A stretch of 62,684 nt of DNA, the filler included, from an uncultured bacterium (lineage in GTDB: Bacteria; DYJV01), in the NCBI GenBank assembly GCA_964543655.1. It is 3 parts of 3 records of this genome, joined end to end, with 100 filler letters (N's around TTAATTAATTAA, not from the genome) between each part and the next. Parts side by side here need not be neighbours in the genome. Positions count along the whole stretch, not along the records: positions 1 to 29,357 come from CAZIZE010000083.1; 2 more parts are not named here. One strand, written 5' to 3'. The notes below the pieces were generated by a model, which did not search any database, was not told the DNA's origin, and worked only from the letters and a program-made list of their open reading frames with translations. The position numbers were made by a program, and so were the translations under genes. How positions within the stretch are numbered: position 1 is the stretch's first letter; each line of letters starts with the position of its first letter. Shown piece after piece: positions 10,804 through 21,611 of this stretch.

Positions 10804-11607
10804 TTATCTACCGAGGAACTCTCCCTCTTCTCCACCAAGGTAAGCAGTAACAACTTCTGGATGTTTTGCAACCTCTTCTGGCTTACCTTCAGTAATCTTT
10901 TCTCCAAAGTTAAGAACCATAACCCTGTCTGAAAGATCCATAACAACACCCATATCATGCTCAATGAGAATAATTGTCTTTTTCCATTCTTGATTAATAT
11001 CAATAATAAACCTTGCCATATCTTCTGTCTCTTCCAAGTTCATACCTGCCATTGGCTCATCAAGAAGTATAAGATCTCCCTGAAGTGCAAGAGCTCTTCC
11101 AAGCTCAACTCTCTTCTGAATACCATAAGGAAGCATTCCAACAGGCTTCTTTCTGTAACTTTCAATTTCAAGAAAATCTATAATGTCTTCAACAAGCCTT
11201 CTATGCTCAACTTCTGTTCTCCTTGCTTTTCCAAACCAGAAAATATCACTTAAGATATTGTTTCTAATGTGGATATGCCTACCTAACATTAGATTTTCAA
11301 GTACTGTCATACCTTTGAATAGCTCTAAATTTTGAAATGTTCTTGAAATGCCTTTTTTGGCAATTTGATGGGGTGATAATTTTGTAATATTTTCACCTTT
11401 GTAAAAAATTCTACCTTTTTGAGGTTTGTAAAAACCAGATATAACATTAAACATACTTGATTTCCCGGCACCATTCGGACCAATAATCGAAAAAATTTCA
11501 GTTTCATATACTGTAAAACTCACATCCATAACAGCTACAACACCACCAAATGCTAATGTTATATTTTCTCCTTTGAGTAACTCTTTGGAAGGATTTACTT
11601 TCTCCAT
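10804..11607 (-). CDS. livG: Liv-type ABC transporter ATP-binding protein
   Basis: GPNGAGKS, RTFQN, LPYGIQKRVELGRAL, IEHDM. Confidence 0.92.
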   Translation of the reverse strand: MEKVNPSKELLKGENITLAFGGVVAVMDVSFTVYETEIFSIIGPNGAGKSSMFNVISGFYKPQKGRIFYKGENITKLSPHQIAKKGISRTFQNLELFKGMTVLENLMLGRHIHIRNNILSDIFWFGKARRTEVEHRRLVEDIIDFLEIESYRKKPVGMLPYGIQKRVELGRALALQGDLILLDEPMAGMNLEETEDMARFIIDINQEWKKTIILIEHDMGVVMDLSDRVMVLNFGEKITEGKPEEVAKHPEVVTAYLGGEEGEFLGR

Positions 11608-11630
11608 GCCCTTTACCTTTCTTTTTATTT

Positions 11631-11659
11631 ATTATAAAATAATGTTTTATAAATTGCAA
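11631..11659 (-). promoter_or_regulatory. Sigma70 promoter of the liv/CoA-ligase operon
   Basis: TTGCAA-N17-TATAAT on the minus strand; spacer overlapped by inverted repeat TTATAAAA-N5-TTTTATAA. Confidence 0.6.
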
Positions 11660-11810
11660 GGTTTTTTTAAAAAAATAAAGTTAACGTTAGGTGGCACATA
11701 TAAAAAATTATTTTAAATTTGTCAAGACTTTTTAGAAAAATATTAAGTTATTGTTATAATTGAAGGTATTGTTTAGTCTCAATATTTCACTTAATTTTTT
11801 TAAAAAAATA

Positions 11811-11840
11811 TTGACTTTCAATAGAAACAATGTTTATTAT
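11811..11840 (+). promoter_or_regulatory. Sigma70 promoter of trmFO, probably leaderless
   Basis: TTGACT-N18-TATTAT, with ATG 7 nt downstream and no SD. Confidence 0.5.
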
Positions 11841-11847
11841 TTTCAAA

Positions 11848-13164
11848 ATGGACACTGTGAATATTGTTGGCGCAGGATTAGCTGGAAGTGAAATAGCATA
11901 TTATTTAGCCAAACGAGGAGTTAAAATCAATCTCTATGAAATGCGTCCCACTGCTACAACACCTGCACATAAAACAGAATATTTTGCTGAGCTTGTTTGC
12001 AGCAATTCTTTTAGAAGCATTGACAATTATCATCCTGCTGGCATATTAAAGAATGAGCTTGAAAGATTAAACTCTTTTTTAATTAACACAGCAAAAAGGT
12101 TTTCTATTCCTGGTGGAAACGCATTAACCATTGATAGAGAAAAATTTTCTAAAAATATTTCAGAGACCCTCTCATCTTTTTCAAATATCAATATAATTAG
12201 AAAAGAGGTAACAGATCTTAATTTTAATGAACCAACAGTTTTAGCAACTGGTCCTCTAACATCTGAAAAACTTTCTGAAAAATTACAAAATATAACTGGA
12301 GAAGAGCATTTTTACTTTTATGATGCAATTGCTCCTATTATTGAAGCAGATTCCATTGATTTTAATTATGCTTTTTTTGGCAATAGATACTCTAATTCAG
12401 AAAATAATGACTATATTAACTGCTTCCTAACAAAAGAGGAGTATGAAACTTTTGTAACTGAGTTATTAAATGCTAAGATATACCCCTTTAAAGATTTTGA
12501 AAAAGGTAAACATTTTGAAGGATGCATGCCAATAGAAGAAATGGCAAAGCGTGGCAGGATGACTCTTGCTTATGGTCCAATGAAACCTGTTGGTTTAAAA
12601 CATCCTGTTACAGGAGAGGAATTTTTTGCAATAGTTCAGCTTAGAAGAGAAAATAGAGAGGGAACAGCTTATAATATTGTTGGTTTTCAAACAAAGATGA
12701 CCATATCAGAGCAGGAAAGAGTTTTTAGATTAATTCCAGCATTAAAAAATGCAAAATTTCTGAGATATGGCTCATTGCACAGAAATATATATATTAATGC
12801 ACCTGAAGTTTTAAATAATGACCTTTCATTACATAAAATGCCAAATATCTATATTGCTGGTCAATTATCTGGTGTAGAGGGCTACATTGAATCAATAGCT
12901 CAAGGATTAATTGTAGCAATGATAATAGATTTTAAATTAAAGAGAAAAAGTTTTCCCTACCCACCAAAAGAAACTGCAATTGGAGCATTATACCATTTTT
13001 TAAGAGAAAAAAAGAAAAAATTTGTTCCATCTAATATAAATTTTTCACTGTTTAAATATGGAGAGCAAATAAGAAAAACAAAAAATAAAAAAATAAGAAA
13101 AAAATTACTTAAAGAGCAGGCTGATAAATATTTTCAAATATGGTTAAAAAGCATCGAAGGATAA
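11848..13164 (+). CDS. trmFO: Folate/FAD-dependent tRNA U54 methyltransferase
   Basis: GAGLAGSE, AELVCSNS, FEGCMPIEE, GPMKPVGL, AGQLSGVEGY. Confidence 0.97.
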   Translation: MDTVNIVGAGLAGSEIAYYLAKRGVKINLYEMRPTATTPAHKTEYFAELVCSNSFRSIDNYHPAGILKNELERLNSFLINTAKRFSIPGGNALTIDREKFSKNISETLSSFSNINIIRKEVTDLNFNEPTVLATGPLTSEKLSEKLQNITGEEHFYFYDAIAPIIEADSIDFNYAFFGNRYSNSENNDYINCFLTKEEYETFVTELLNAKIYPFKDFEKGKHFEGCMPIEEMAKRGRMTLAYGPMKPVGLKHPVTGEEFFAIVQLRRENREGTAYNIVGFQTKMTISEQERVFRLIPALKNAKFLRYGSLHRNIYINAPEVLNNDLSLHKMPNIYIAGQLSGVEGYIESIAQGLIVAMIIDFKLKRKSFPYPPKETAIGALYHFLREKKKKFVPSNINFSLFKYGEQIRKTKNKKIRKKLLKEQADKYFQIWLKSIEG

Positions 13165-13176
13165 ACCTTCGATGCT
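13150..13176. terminator. Hairpin between convergent trmFO and porin genes
   Basis: Perfect 11-bp stem AGCATCGAAGG-ATAAA-CCTTCGATGCT, with a T-run following on the minus strand. Confidence 0.8.
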
Positions 13177-13181
13177 AAAAA

Positions 13182-15560
13182 TTAGAATTTGTATTGAAAA
13201 CCTATATTCGCAAAATAGTAAGCTCCATCAAGGTCACCATAAGCATATGGCTCATCATCTTCATAATCTTGATAACTTAATACACCATAAATTCCCCATG
13301 ATTTGTTTAAATCAATATTAACATTTAAAGTTAAATCAAGAACTGTATAATCTAAATCAGAATAATCATCAAAACCTTCATAATCAAGGGTTTTACCATC
13401 AGAGCTTATATACACAATGTAGAAACTTGAAGATGATGACTGATCTCCACTTAAGAAACCAGCTGGTGCAGAGAAATGTGGTGTATCCATACTGGCTTTG
13501 CCAATTGTATAATTGGCATTTAAAGATAGTCTAATATTATTTGCTGGAGCAAAGTCAAGACTACCCATAAAAACATGAGCTTTTTCACTATATTCCACTT
13601 TATCACATCCTGGACCCACCTGGTCCGTAAAAACATGGCCACCTCAGCCAGCATATAAGCCAACACTTATCTTTGATTCTGTGTCTGCTTTTTCAAAATT
13701 ATACCCAAAGCTAAAAGATAGCTTCTCTGAAATCATTAATGTTCCATCAAAACCAAGAGTTAATCCATCATAATTCCAATCAGTGTTACCTTCATTATTT
13801 TCGGAGTCAGTATACTTTCCAATAAAATTCATTGACAGATTTTTTGCTGCAAGCCAGTTAAGGTTCAATGAGTAGCTGTAAATCTCAGATGGAGATGCAG
13901 AGCCAGTATAAGTTCTCCTGTCATAAACAAGAGGGTAAGCAGCTTTTCCACCACCACCATATTTAAGTTGTGAAGCAGAAGTAACAGCTATGCAGCCTGC
14001 CTTTGGTTTTGCAAATGGGTCATCAATATTGGTATATTCAAATTTGAATCTACCGCTAAATTTCATAAAAGGTTTAAAATCAATACCTGCTTTAATTTTA
14101 TTTTTCTCAGTTTTCTTATGATTAGGATAAACTTCATAATTATCTCTGTCAATATTCTCATATTCATAACCTAATCTGAATTTTAATTTATTCCTCAACA
14201 TTCTATACACAGCATCTATGCCAAACTGATACTCTTTTCTATCATAGGTGGAATCACCTTCAATATCAAAAATCACAGGTTGATTAATATCATTGTAATA
14301 ATAAGCTTTTGACATATCATAATTGTAGTTAACACCTTTAAAATTTACTGGTGTTGAATAATCTGGCTGAAAATAGTAAGCATCATCTTTTTCAAGCTCT
14401 GCATGCACTGTGTCTCTATCTAACTTTAAATATCTAAATTTTGTGGTTAATGTAAGCTTTCTTTTTAATAAATGAGTTGTAAATCTTAAATTCAAAGCAT
14501 CCTGATCAAGATCAATATTGTCTCCACCATAAGAATCATTATTTGTAATGGTACTTGTTGTATATGAAGCTGCAAAAGTTGAATAATATGGTAAATCCAA
14601 TCTTAATTTAAAAGTGTCCATATGTTTGTCTGATTCTGGTGTTTTAGCAACTTCCTCAGTACCACCATAGGTCTCAGAGTTTAATCTTGGTGAAAAAACA
14701 ATATACTTATCTGGTTTTGAGCTTCTCAAACCTTCAATATTATCAAAAGTTGTTGTTAATGGTTTATTGCTTACATAGAAATCCCTGTACATATGTGAAT
14801 AGCTAAAATAAACTGGGCCACCAGTAAATGAAAAACCTGCTTTTAAATCCCTTGTTGTTTCATCTACATTTTTTCTGAGACCTCTAACATGGCAAACTGT
14901 ACATTTACCAACCATAACTGTTTTATGCTCATAACCATTTCTATTTTCAAATCTTCCAGAAAAATTTAATTTTAAAGTTTCCATACCAGGGATTGCAAAG
15001 GAAACCTTTGTGAGAAGCTCTCTTCTCTTAATATAGTAATCTTTATTAACTGCTGTTGAATCTTGCTCAAAACCATACCACTGACCACCTGGAGAGGTAA
15101 CTGTGTCATCAGCAATAAACTTGTTTATACCATAGACTTTTCCATCAGGTGAATTAACAAATGGTACCTTTCCTGTTGCTACTGCTGGAGAAAAGTTGTT
15201 TTTATCATATTGAATAAATAGAGTATCATAATCCTTTCTGTGAAAGAGGCTTGAATAATCTAAGTCAACAGATATTATTCTCATTAGATTTCCTTTAGCC
15301 TCTATACTGTTTGTATATTCACCTTCATAATTTCCATTAACATAGAGGTCTGAGTTATTGTTAAAAGTTTTAAAATTAAAGTTAACAGTTGGTGATGATT
15401 TATCTTCCTGATATTCTGCAACTCTATCAAGTTTATCATCATCACCCTGTAAAAAAGCCCCAAATTTAATTGAATTATACGATTCTTTATCTCCTGCTAT
15501 AAGTGGCATAGATAAAGCAACACAAAAAAACATTAATAAAATTATTTTAAATTTTTGCAT
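13182..15560 (-). CDS. MtrB/PioB-like outer-membrane beta-barrel, CXXCH-containing probable selenoprotein (792 aa, UGA at 13644-13646)
   Basis: The 638-aa and 145-aa ORFs are in one frame separated by a single TGA and 8 sense codons. SECIS-like hairpin follows. Signal peptide, CTVCH, terminal YKF, next to a decaheme gene. Confidence 0.85.
13604..13637 (-). promoter_or_regulatory. Bacterial SECIS-like hairpin
   Basis: CAUGUUUU-(UAC)-GGACC-AGGUG-GGUCC-AGGAUGUG; G-containing apical loop starts 22 nt after the UGA. Confidence 0.75.
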
Positions 15561-15572
15561 TATTATCCCCCC

Positions 15573-16583
15573 TTATCTTGTTAATCCTCTACCATGACTT
15601 GGCACAGATAATGATGGCAATTCTGATCCATGCACAGCTGAATGGCAGGTTGTACATTTTGTTCCCATAAAAATTTGAGTTGTCCTAACATTTTTAGTTT
15701 TTTCTAAAATTTGATTGGTTTTAGAAGTATCAGTATTTGGATTTAAATATGGCATTCCAGCTGTATTTGGCGACTGAATTGCAGTATGAAAATGTAAGTC
15801 ATGGCATTGGAGGCATAAAAATGGTTCATTCTGCTTTAATAGATTATTTGCAACTGTTCCATGTGGCTCATGGCAGATTGTACAATCTTCAACAACAGGT
15901 GAATGTTCAAAAGTAAAGGGTCCCTGATACCTTGTATGACATTTCAAACAGAGGTCATTAAGTCTTTCATCTGTTTTTAAGTTATTCAAAACACTTCCAT
16001 GATTAGCATGGCAATCAGAACAAACCATCTTACCTTCTTTAACAGGGTGATGTGTTGGGTAGTATGATTTGGCCTTAATATCTTGATGGCAAGAATAGCA
16101 CAAATCAGGCTCTTTCTTAATCAATAATGCTTGATTATGATTGTTATGAATCTTATGACACTTTACACAAGATACATCATTTAAAGCATGCTCTGAACCA
16201 TTCCAATTTTGATGCTCATCACCTGTATGACATCTCAAACAAATTGAGCTTGCTGCAACAGCATCAACTTTGTCAGGGTTGATGATTTTGGATGGCTCCT
16301 CACTTTCTACATGAATACTACCTGGCCCATGGCATGTTTCACAACCAGTTTCACCAATTGCTGTTTCTCCTGGAATAATTCTTCCATGGACATTTGATTT
16401 GAAATTTTGAACTAATTCCTCATGGCAATCAGCACATGCTTGAGAGCCTACTTTTTTGGCTCCTGGTGCTACATCCGGCATTTTAAGAGTAAAACTTCTC
16501 GTTTTCTGAAGATTTTGATTACAAGAGATTAAAGTTATTAAGAAAATTGTTGAAAAGAATAAAAATAAAATTCTTTTAATCAT
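15573..16583 (-). CDS. Decaheme c-type cytochrome, MtrA/DmsE-like, probable lipoprotein
   Basis: Ten CXXCH motifs counted; GPFTFEHSPVVEDCTICH; LISC lipobox. Confidence 0.95.
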   Translation of the reverse strand: MIKRILFLFFSTIFLITLISCNQNLQKTRSFTLKMPDVAPGAKKVGSQACADCHEELVQNFKSNVHGRIIPGETAIGETGCETCHGPGSIHVESEEPSKIINPDKVDAVAASSICLRCHTGDEHQNWNGSEHALNDVSCVKCHKIHNNHNQALLIKKEPDLCYSCHQDIKAKSYYPTHHPVKEGKMVCSDCHANHGSVLNNLKTDERLNDLCLKCHTRYQGPFTFEHSPVVEDCTICHEPHGTVANNLLKQNEPFLCLQCHDLHFHTAIQSPNTAGMPYLNPNTDTSKTNQILEKTKNVRTTQIFMGTKCTTCHSAVHGSELPSLSVPSHGRGLTR

Positions 16584-16665
16584 CCCTCTCTCCCCTTATT
16601 TTTTTAATAATTAAAAATAAAAACCGATATTCACCTCCTTTCAATTTTAATTTTCTTTAATATTA

Positions 16666-16697
16666 TTGTGAAATATTTATTAATAAACTTTTCACAA
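16666..16697. promoter_or_regulatory. 32-bp palindrome, Rex-like operator candidate
   Basis: TTGTGAAA-TA-TTTATTAATAAA-CT-TTTCACAA beside a minus-strand TTGACT at 16700-16705. Confidence 0.55.
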
Positions 16698-16778
16698 ATA
16701 GTCAAGTGAAAAATTTATTTTTCCTGATTCTTTTTAATTTAATTTGAAAAAAAAATTTTTTTGAAATATAATAATATA

Positions 16779-19202
16779 ATGAGGCTTGAAATTTATTTAA
16801 TTATCTTTATTTTTCTATTACTAATAACTTTCTTTATTATTAAAACCCTTTTCAATAAAAACTTAAAATCTTTAAAAGAAAAACATAAAATACGAATAAA
16901 AGAATTAAAAGAGGAATCAAAAAAGTTTAGAATTTTTTTAAAAAATATTCCTGCAATTTCATGTAGTATCAATAAGAATGGTAAAGTATTGTTTATAGAG
17001 GGAAAGGTTGAGGAAATCACAGGTTATTCAAAAGAAGATTTTTTAAAAGGATGTATTTTATGGGAAAATCTAATTATTGAAGAAGACTTGCCAAAAGTTA
17101 AAATTATCCACAACGATTTAATCAACAAACCGGGCTCCAAATTTCAATACACTTTTAGAATCAAAAGTAAAAATAACAACATAAAATGGCTCAACAGGAT
17201 TGCTGAAAATGTTACTGATTCCAATGGTGAAATTCTTTATATCCAGGGAATTACCTATGATATTACAGATTTAAAAAAAGGTGAGGAAAAAGTTAGAGAA
17301 TTAAATGAGCTAAATGAGCTAATTTTAAACAGCGTTGTTGAAGGGATAATAGGAGTTGACCTTGAAGGTAATATTAAATTCATTAACAATGCTGCCATTA
17401 AAATGTTAAAACTTCACAACAAACCAGTGTTGGGGAAAAATATCCATAATATAATACATAAAAATAATATACCTGAGGAAAAGTGCTTTTTAATTGAATC
17501 AATAAAAAAAGGTAAAAATAAACGAATAAGGTCAGATGTTTTTTATGACAGTGAAGGCAATCCACTTGATGTGGATGTTACTATTACATCTTTAAAAAAG
17601 CAGGAGCATCTGGAAGGTGGAGTTATATGTTTTAATGATATAAGAGAAAGAAAAAATTTTGAAATGGAAATATTAAGGCTAATAAATGTTATTGAACAAG
17701 CAGGCGTTTCAATTGTAATTACAGATATTGATGGAATTATAACATATGTTAATGAAGGCTTCGAAAAGACCACACTTTATATGTACAATGAAGTAATAGG
17801 TAAAAAACCAAATATTTTAAAAAGTGGCAAGCATTCAAAAGAATTCTATAATGAATTATGGGAAACTATTAAAAGTGGTAAAACATGGCATGGTGAATTT
17901 ATTAATAAGAAAAAGGATGGCACTCTCTTTTATGAAGATGCTGTTATTTTTCCTATATTTGATCTGGAAGGGGAAATTACAAATTTTGCTGCAATAAAAA
18001 AGGATATTACAAGAGAAAAGGAGCTTGAAGAAAGATTAAAACTCACACAGAAGTTAGAAGCAATGGGCCAAATGGTTGGAGGTGTTGCTCACGATTTTAA
18101 CAATATCCTTACAATTATCAGTGGCTACACAGATCTTTTATTATTAAAAATAAAAAAAGATGAAACTTATTTTAAACCCATTAATGAAATTCAACAGGCT
18201 GTTGAAAGGGCCAAATCTTTAGTTTCGCAGCTTCTTACATTTAGTAGAAAGCAGGTTGTTGAGCCCAAAGCTATAGATGTTGGCTTTGTTATTAAAAATA
18301 TACAGAAAATGTTAAGAAGACTAATCCCTGAAGATATAAATTTTCAGTTAGAAATTCCTGAAAACCTACCTTTAATCTGGGCTGATAACACTCAGATAGA
18401 GCAAATTATTTTCAATCTTGTGGTTAATGCCAAAGATGCTATTATTGCAAAAAACTCCTCTGAAAAACTTATAAAAATCACTGTTTCAGAGGAATGGATA
18501 ACTAAAAAATTTAAAACAGTTATTGGATTTAATATAAAACCTGGGAAATATATTAAAATATCTGTTTACGACAATGGAATAGGAATAAAAAAAGATATTT
18601 TAGAAAGAATTTTTGAACCATTTTTTACAACCAAAGAGCATGGCAGAGGCACCGGTCTTGGACTTGCAACTGTTTATGGAATAGTTACACAAAATAATGG
18701 TTTTATTGATATAAAAACAGAAGAAGGCAAATTTACCCAATTTGATGTGTATATCCCTGAGTATAAAGGAAAATCTATTACAAAATCAGAAAAAGATAAT
18801 AAATACCTATCTACTTATAAATATTCTGAAACTATTTTATTTGTTGAAGATGAAGAGAAAATTCTTACAATGGGTAAAGAAGGTTTAAAAAATTTAGGAT
18901 ACAATGTTATTACAGCTCAAAATGGGTTAACGGGTATTGAAATGTATAAGAACAATAAAGAGGATATTGACATTGTTATTACAGATATAGTTATGCCAGA
19001 AATGGATGGTATTAAAATGTTTGAAAAATTAAAAGAGATAAATCCTGATGTGAAGGTTATTTTCACAACAGGTTATGTAGATAATTACACAGAGCAATTA
19101 AAAGAGAATAAAATTATTGCTTTTATTATGAAACCATACACTATTATTGATTTAAACAGTAAAATCAGGAAATTATTAAAAGATCAAGTAGAAGAGAAAT
19201 AA
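16779..19202 (+). CDS. Multi-PAS hybrid sensor histidine kinase
   Basis: N-terminal TM, three [16 protein letters not shown]-box, GTGLGL, C-terminal receiver. ATG 16779 follows TTGAAA-N17-TATAAT. Confidence 0.93.
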   Translation: MRLEIYLIIFIFLLLITFFIIKTLFNKNLKSLKEKHKIRIKELKEESKKFRIFLKNIPAISCSINKNGKVLFIEGKVEEITGYSKEDFLKGCILWENLIIEEDLPKVKIIHNDLINKPGSKFQYTFRIKSKNNNIKWLNRIAENVTDSNGEILYIQGITYDITDLKKGEEKVRELNELNELILNSVVEGIIGVDLEGNIKFINNAAIKMLKLHNKPVLGKNIHNIIHKNNIPEEKCFLIESIKKGKNKRIRSDVFYDSEGNPLDVDVTITSLKKQEHLEGGVICFNDIRERKNFEMEILRLINVIEQAGVSIVITDIDGIITYVNEGFEKTTLYMYNEVIGKKPNILKSGKHSKEFYNELWETIKSGKTWHGEFINKKKDGTLFYEDAVIFPIFDLEGEITNFAAIKKDITREKELEERLKLTQKLEAMGQMVGGVAHDFNNILTIISGYTDLLLLKIKKDETYFKPINEIQQAVERAKSLVSQLLTFSRKQVVEPKAIDVGFVIKNIQKMLRRLIPEDINFQLEIPENLPLIWADNTQIEQIIFNLVVNAKDAIIAKNSSEKLIKITVSEEWITKKFKTVIGFNIKPGKYIKISVYDNGIGIKKDILERIFEPFFTTKEHGRGTGLGLATVYGIVTQNNGFIDIKTEEGKFTQFDVYIPEYKGKSITKSEKDNKYLSTYKYSETILFVEDEEKILTMGKEGLKNLGYNVITAQNGLTGIEMYKNNKEDIDIVITDIVMPEMDGIKMFEKLKEINPDVKVIFTTGYVDNYTEQLKENKIIAFIMKPYTIIDLNSKIRKLLKDQVEEK

Positions 19203-20037
19203 AAAGTATTATTGAAATCCAGCCATTTACAGAGAAAAATGCTTTATCTATTTTGCTCAAATCATTCTCTTTTACCAATGAATGCTCATAAAGGAGGAAT
19301 ACTCCTGTAATATTCACACCAGTAGCAAAAATAGCTCCTAACTTGAAAACAGGTATCATATATATCAATGCGCACATCATTATTATATGAAAACATCTTG
19401 CAATGAGCAATGAGCGTTTTATCCCATACTTTACAGGTATTGAATATAAACTATTTTTTTTATCAAAATCAATGTCCTGTAATGAATAAAAAATATCAAA
19501 ACCTGCTATCCAGAACAAAATTACAAAAGATATGAGAAATGGTAAAAAAGAAAATTTACCGGTAATTGCTATCCATGCACCTACAGGAGCAAGGCTTATT
19601 GCAAAACCTAAAAAAAGATGTGTGTAATATGTAAATCTTTTTGTTAATGAATAAAATGATAGAATAAAAATAACAGGAAAAGAAAGATAAAAACATAATT
19701 TGTTCAATTTATATGCTGCAAATATAAATATTAAATAGGAAATTATTGTTAAAATGACCATCTGTAAAATAGTAATTTCACCTTTTATATGTGGCCAATT
19801 TAAAGTCCTTGGATTCTCTCTGTCAAATTTATAATCTGAAATTCTATTAAATCCCATGGCACCGCTTCTTGCACCAATCATGGCAACTAAAATCCAGATT
19901 ATTTTTTCAACAGGTGGAATAGCCCTTTGAGCCAAAATCATACCCATTAAAGCAAAAGGTAGTGCAAAAACAGTATGGCTGAATTTAATTGTCTCCAGGT
20001 AATTGCAAAATGTTCTATAAATTTTTTGAAAATTCAT
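19165..20037 (-). CDS. UbiA-like polyprenyltransferase (MqnP-like)
   Basis: IKFSHTVFALPF, FNRISDYKFDRENPRT, FDIFYSLQDIDFD. Confidence 0.9.
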   Translation of the reverse strand: MNFQKIYRTFCNYLETIKFSHTVFALPFALMGMILAQRAIPPVEKIIWILVAMIGARSGAMGFNRISDYKFDRENPRTLNWPHIKGEITILQMVILTIISYLIFIFAAYKLNKLCFYLSFPVIFILSFYSLTKRFTYYTHLFLGFAISLAPVGAWIAITGKFSFLPFLISFVILFWIAGFDIFYSLQDIDFDKKNSLYSIPVKYGIKRSLLIARCFHIIMMCALIYMIPVFKLGAIFATGVNITGVFLLYEHSLVKENDLSKIDKAFFSVNGWISIILFISLLLDLLIIS

Positions 20038-20039
20038 AA

Positions 20040-20621
20040 TTATTCAATATTTAAAACTATTTTTATCTCTCTCCAAAGCTCTTCTATACCTATTTTCTTT
20101 AAAGATGAGGTAACTACAGGATTTTCTATATTAAAATCTTTTTTTAGTTTTTTTAATGATTTAGCAATCTCATTTTTTGATAATTTATCACATTTGGTTA
20201 ATACTATTAGAAAAGGTATTTCAAATTGCGAAAGATATTCAATTAAAAAAATATCTTTTTTAGTTAATAACCTTCTAATATCAACAAGATGTATAACCCC
20301 TCTAAGATGCTCAGAATATTTTAAAAAATCTGTAATAAGCCTGTCCCATTCTACTTTCTCTTTTTTTGAAACCTTTGCAAAACCAAAGCCCGGTAAGTCA
20401 ACAAAATAAAATTCCTCATTTATCAAAAAATAATTTACAGACTTGGTAAATCCTGGTTTAGAACTGGTTTTAACAAGCTTCTTTCTGTTTAATAATGTGT
20501 TAATCAAAGTGGATTTACCACAATTGGATCTACCTGCAAAAGCTATTTGAGGTAAGTTATCATTAATAAAATGCTCTCTTTTAAAAGCACTTTTAATAAA
20601 TTCAGCTTTTTTTACTTTCAT
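20040..20621 (-). CDS. engB: Ribosome biogenesis GTPase YihA/YsxC
   Basis: GRSNCGKST, DLPGFG, TKCDK. Confidence 0.95.
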   Translation of the reverse strand: MKVKKAEFIKSAFKREHFINDNLPQIAFAGRSNCGKSTLINTLLNRKKLVKTSSKPGFTKSVNYFLINEEFYFVDLPGFGFAKVSKKEKVEWDRLITDFLKYSEHLRGVIHLVDIRRLLTKKDIFLIEYLSQFEIPFLIVLTKCDKLSKNEIAKSLKKLKKDFNIENPVVTSSLKKIGIEELWREIKIVLNIE

Positions 20622-21016
20622 GATGAAATTAATTTAATAAAAAATTTTCTCTGCCTTGGTCCATCAAATTCACAAAAAAAGATTCCCTGCCATGTGCCAA
20701 GTAAGAGCTTGCCATTTTCAATTATAACATGCTCTGAACAACCAATTAAAGATGATTTTATATGAGCATCAGAGTTACCCTCAAGATGAGTATAAGCACC
20801 TTTAAAAGGAATTAATTTTAATAAAAATTCATTAATATCATACTTTACTGATGGATCTGCATTTTCATTAATAGTAATTGCTGCTGTTGTGTGAGGTGTA
20901 TAGATTAGAGCAATTCCATCTTTTATGGAGTTTTTTTTGATTATATCATTAATTTTACCTGTAATATCTATAAACTCTGTTCTTTTTGTTGTGGTTATTG
21001 AAATTTGACGTAACAT
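20618..21016 (-). CDS. yjbQ: YjbQ family protein
   Basis: PHTTAAITINENADP, HLEGNSDAHIK, LGTWQGIFFCEFDGPR. Confidence 0.93.
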   Translation of the reverse strand: MLRQISITTTKRTEFIDITGKINDIIKKNSIKDGIALIYTPHTTAAITINENADPSVKYDINEFLLKLIPFKGAYTHLEGNSDAHIKSSLIGCSEHVIIENGKLLLGTWQGIFFCEFDGPRQRKFFIKLISS

Positions 21017-21161
21017 TTTTTACCCCTTTTGATTTTAAAAAATATCTATTACAACATTAAAAAAAAAACAAGAAATTTTTTACTTACTCTTCTTGACTAA
21101 AAAGGCATATATGTGTAATTAAAATTACAGATATTAATTTAACATTGGAGTATTATATTTA

Positions 21162-21599
21162 ATGATGGTTAAAAAAAATGGTTTTACTTTATTAGAACTT
21201 TTAATAAGCCTCTTTATAATTTCGATAATTACAGGTATTGGTTTTGCATATTTTTCAAGTAACAAAGCGAACCTAAAAAAAGACACAAGGATACTATATA
21301 ATTATTTACAATTTATGAGATTAAAAGCTATACAGATAAAATCAAGAACATATATTCAATTTAATATAAGTAATAAAAATTATTCATTATACTATGATAA
21401 TGGTACTATTATTAAAACAGTTAATTTATCACAGAATGTACAATTTAGTTCAGTTTCATTTGGTGCTACTAATCCTCCAAAAGCTTATTTTTATCCAGAT
21501 GGTAGTTGTTCTCCTTCTGGCTCGATTGTTCTTAAAGATAACAATAACAACACATATCAAATTACTATTAACTTAGCAGGTAATATTTCCGTTCAATAA
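21162..21599 (+). CDS. FimT/FimU-like minor pilin
   Basis: G|FTLLE prepilin cleavage motif; C-terminal FYPDG. Confidence 0.85.
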   Translation: MMVKKNGFTLLELLISLFIISIITGIGFAYFSSNKANLKKDTRILYNYLQFMRLKAIQIKSRTYIQFNISNKNYSLYYDNGTIIKTVNLSQNVQFSSVSFGATNPPKAYFYPDGSCSPSGSIVLKDNNNNTYQITINLAGNISVQ

Positions 21600-21611
21600 A
21601 GGAGTTTTTAA

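Noticed and set aside
11692-11707. TGGCAC sigma54-like -24 box
   Set aside because: No GC at the -12 position.
13182-13619. Separate 145-aa gene or nonsense pseudogene
   Set aside because: In frame with the upstream ORF, no clear SD or signal peptide, and a SECIS-like hairpin follows the UGA.
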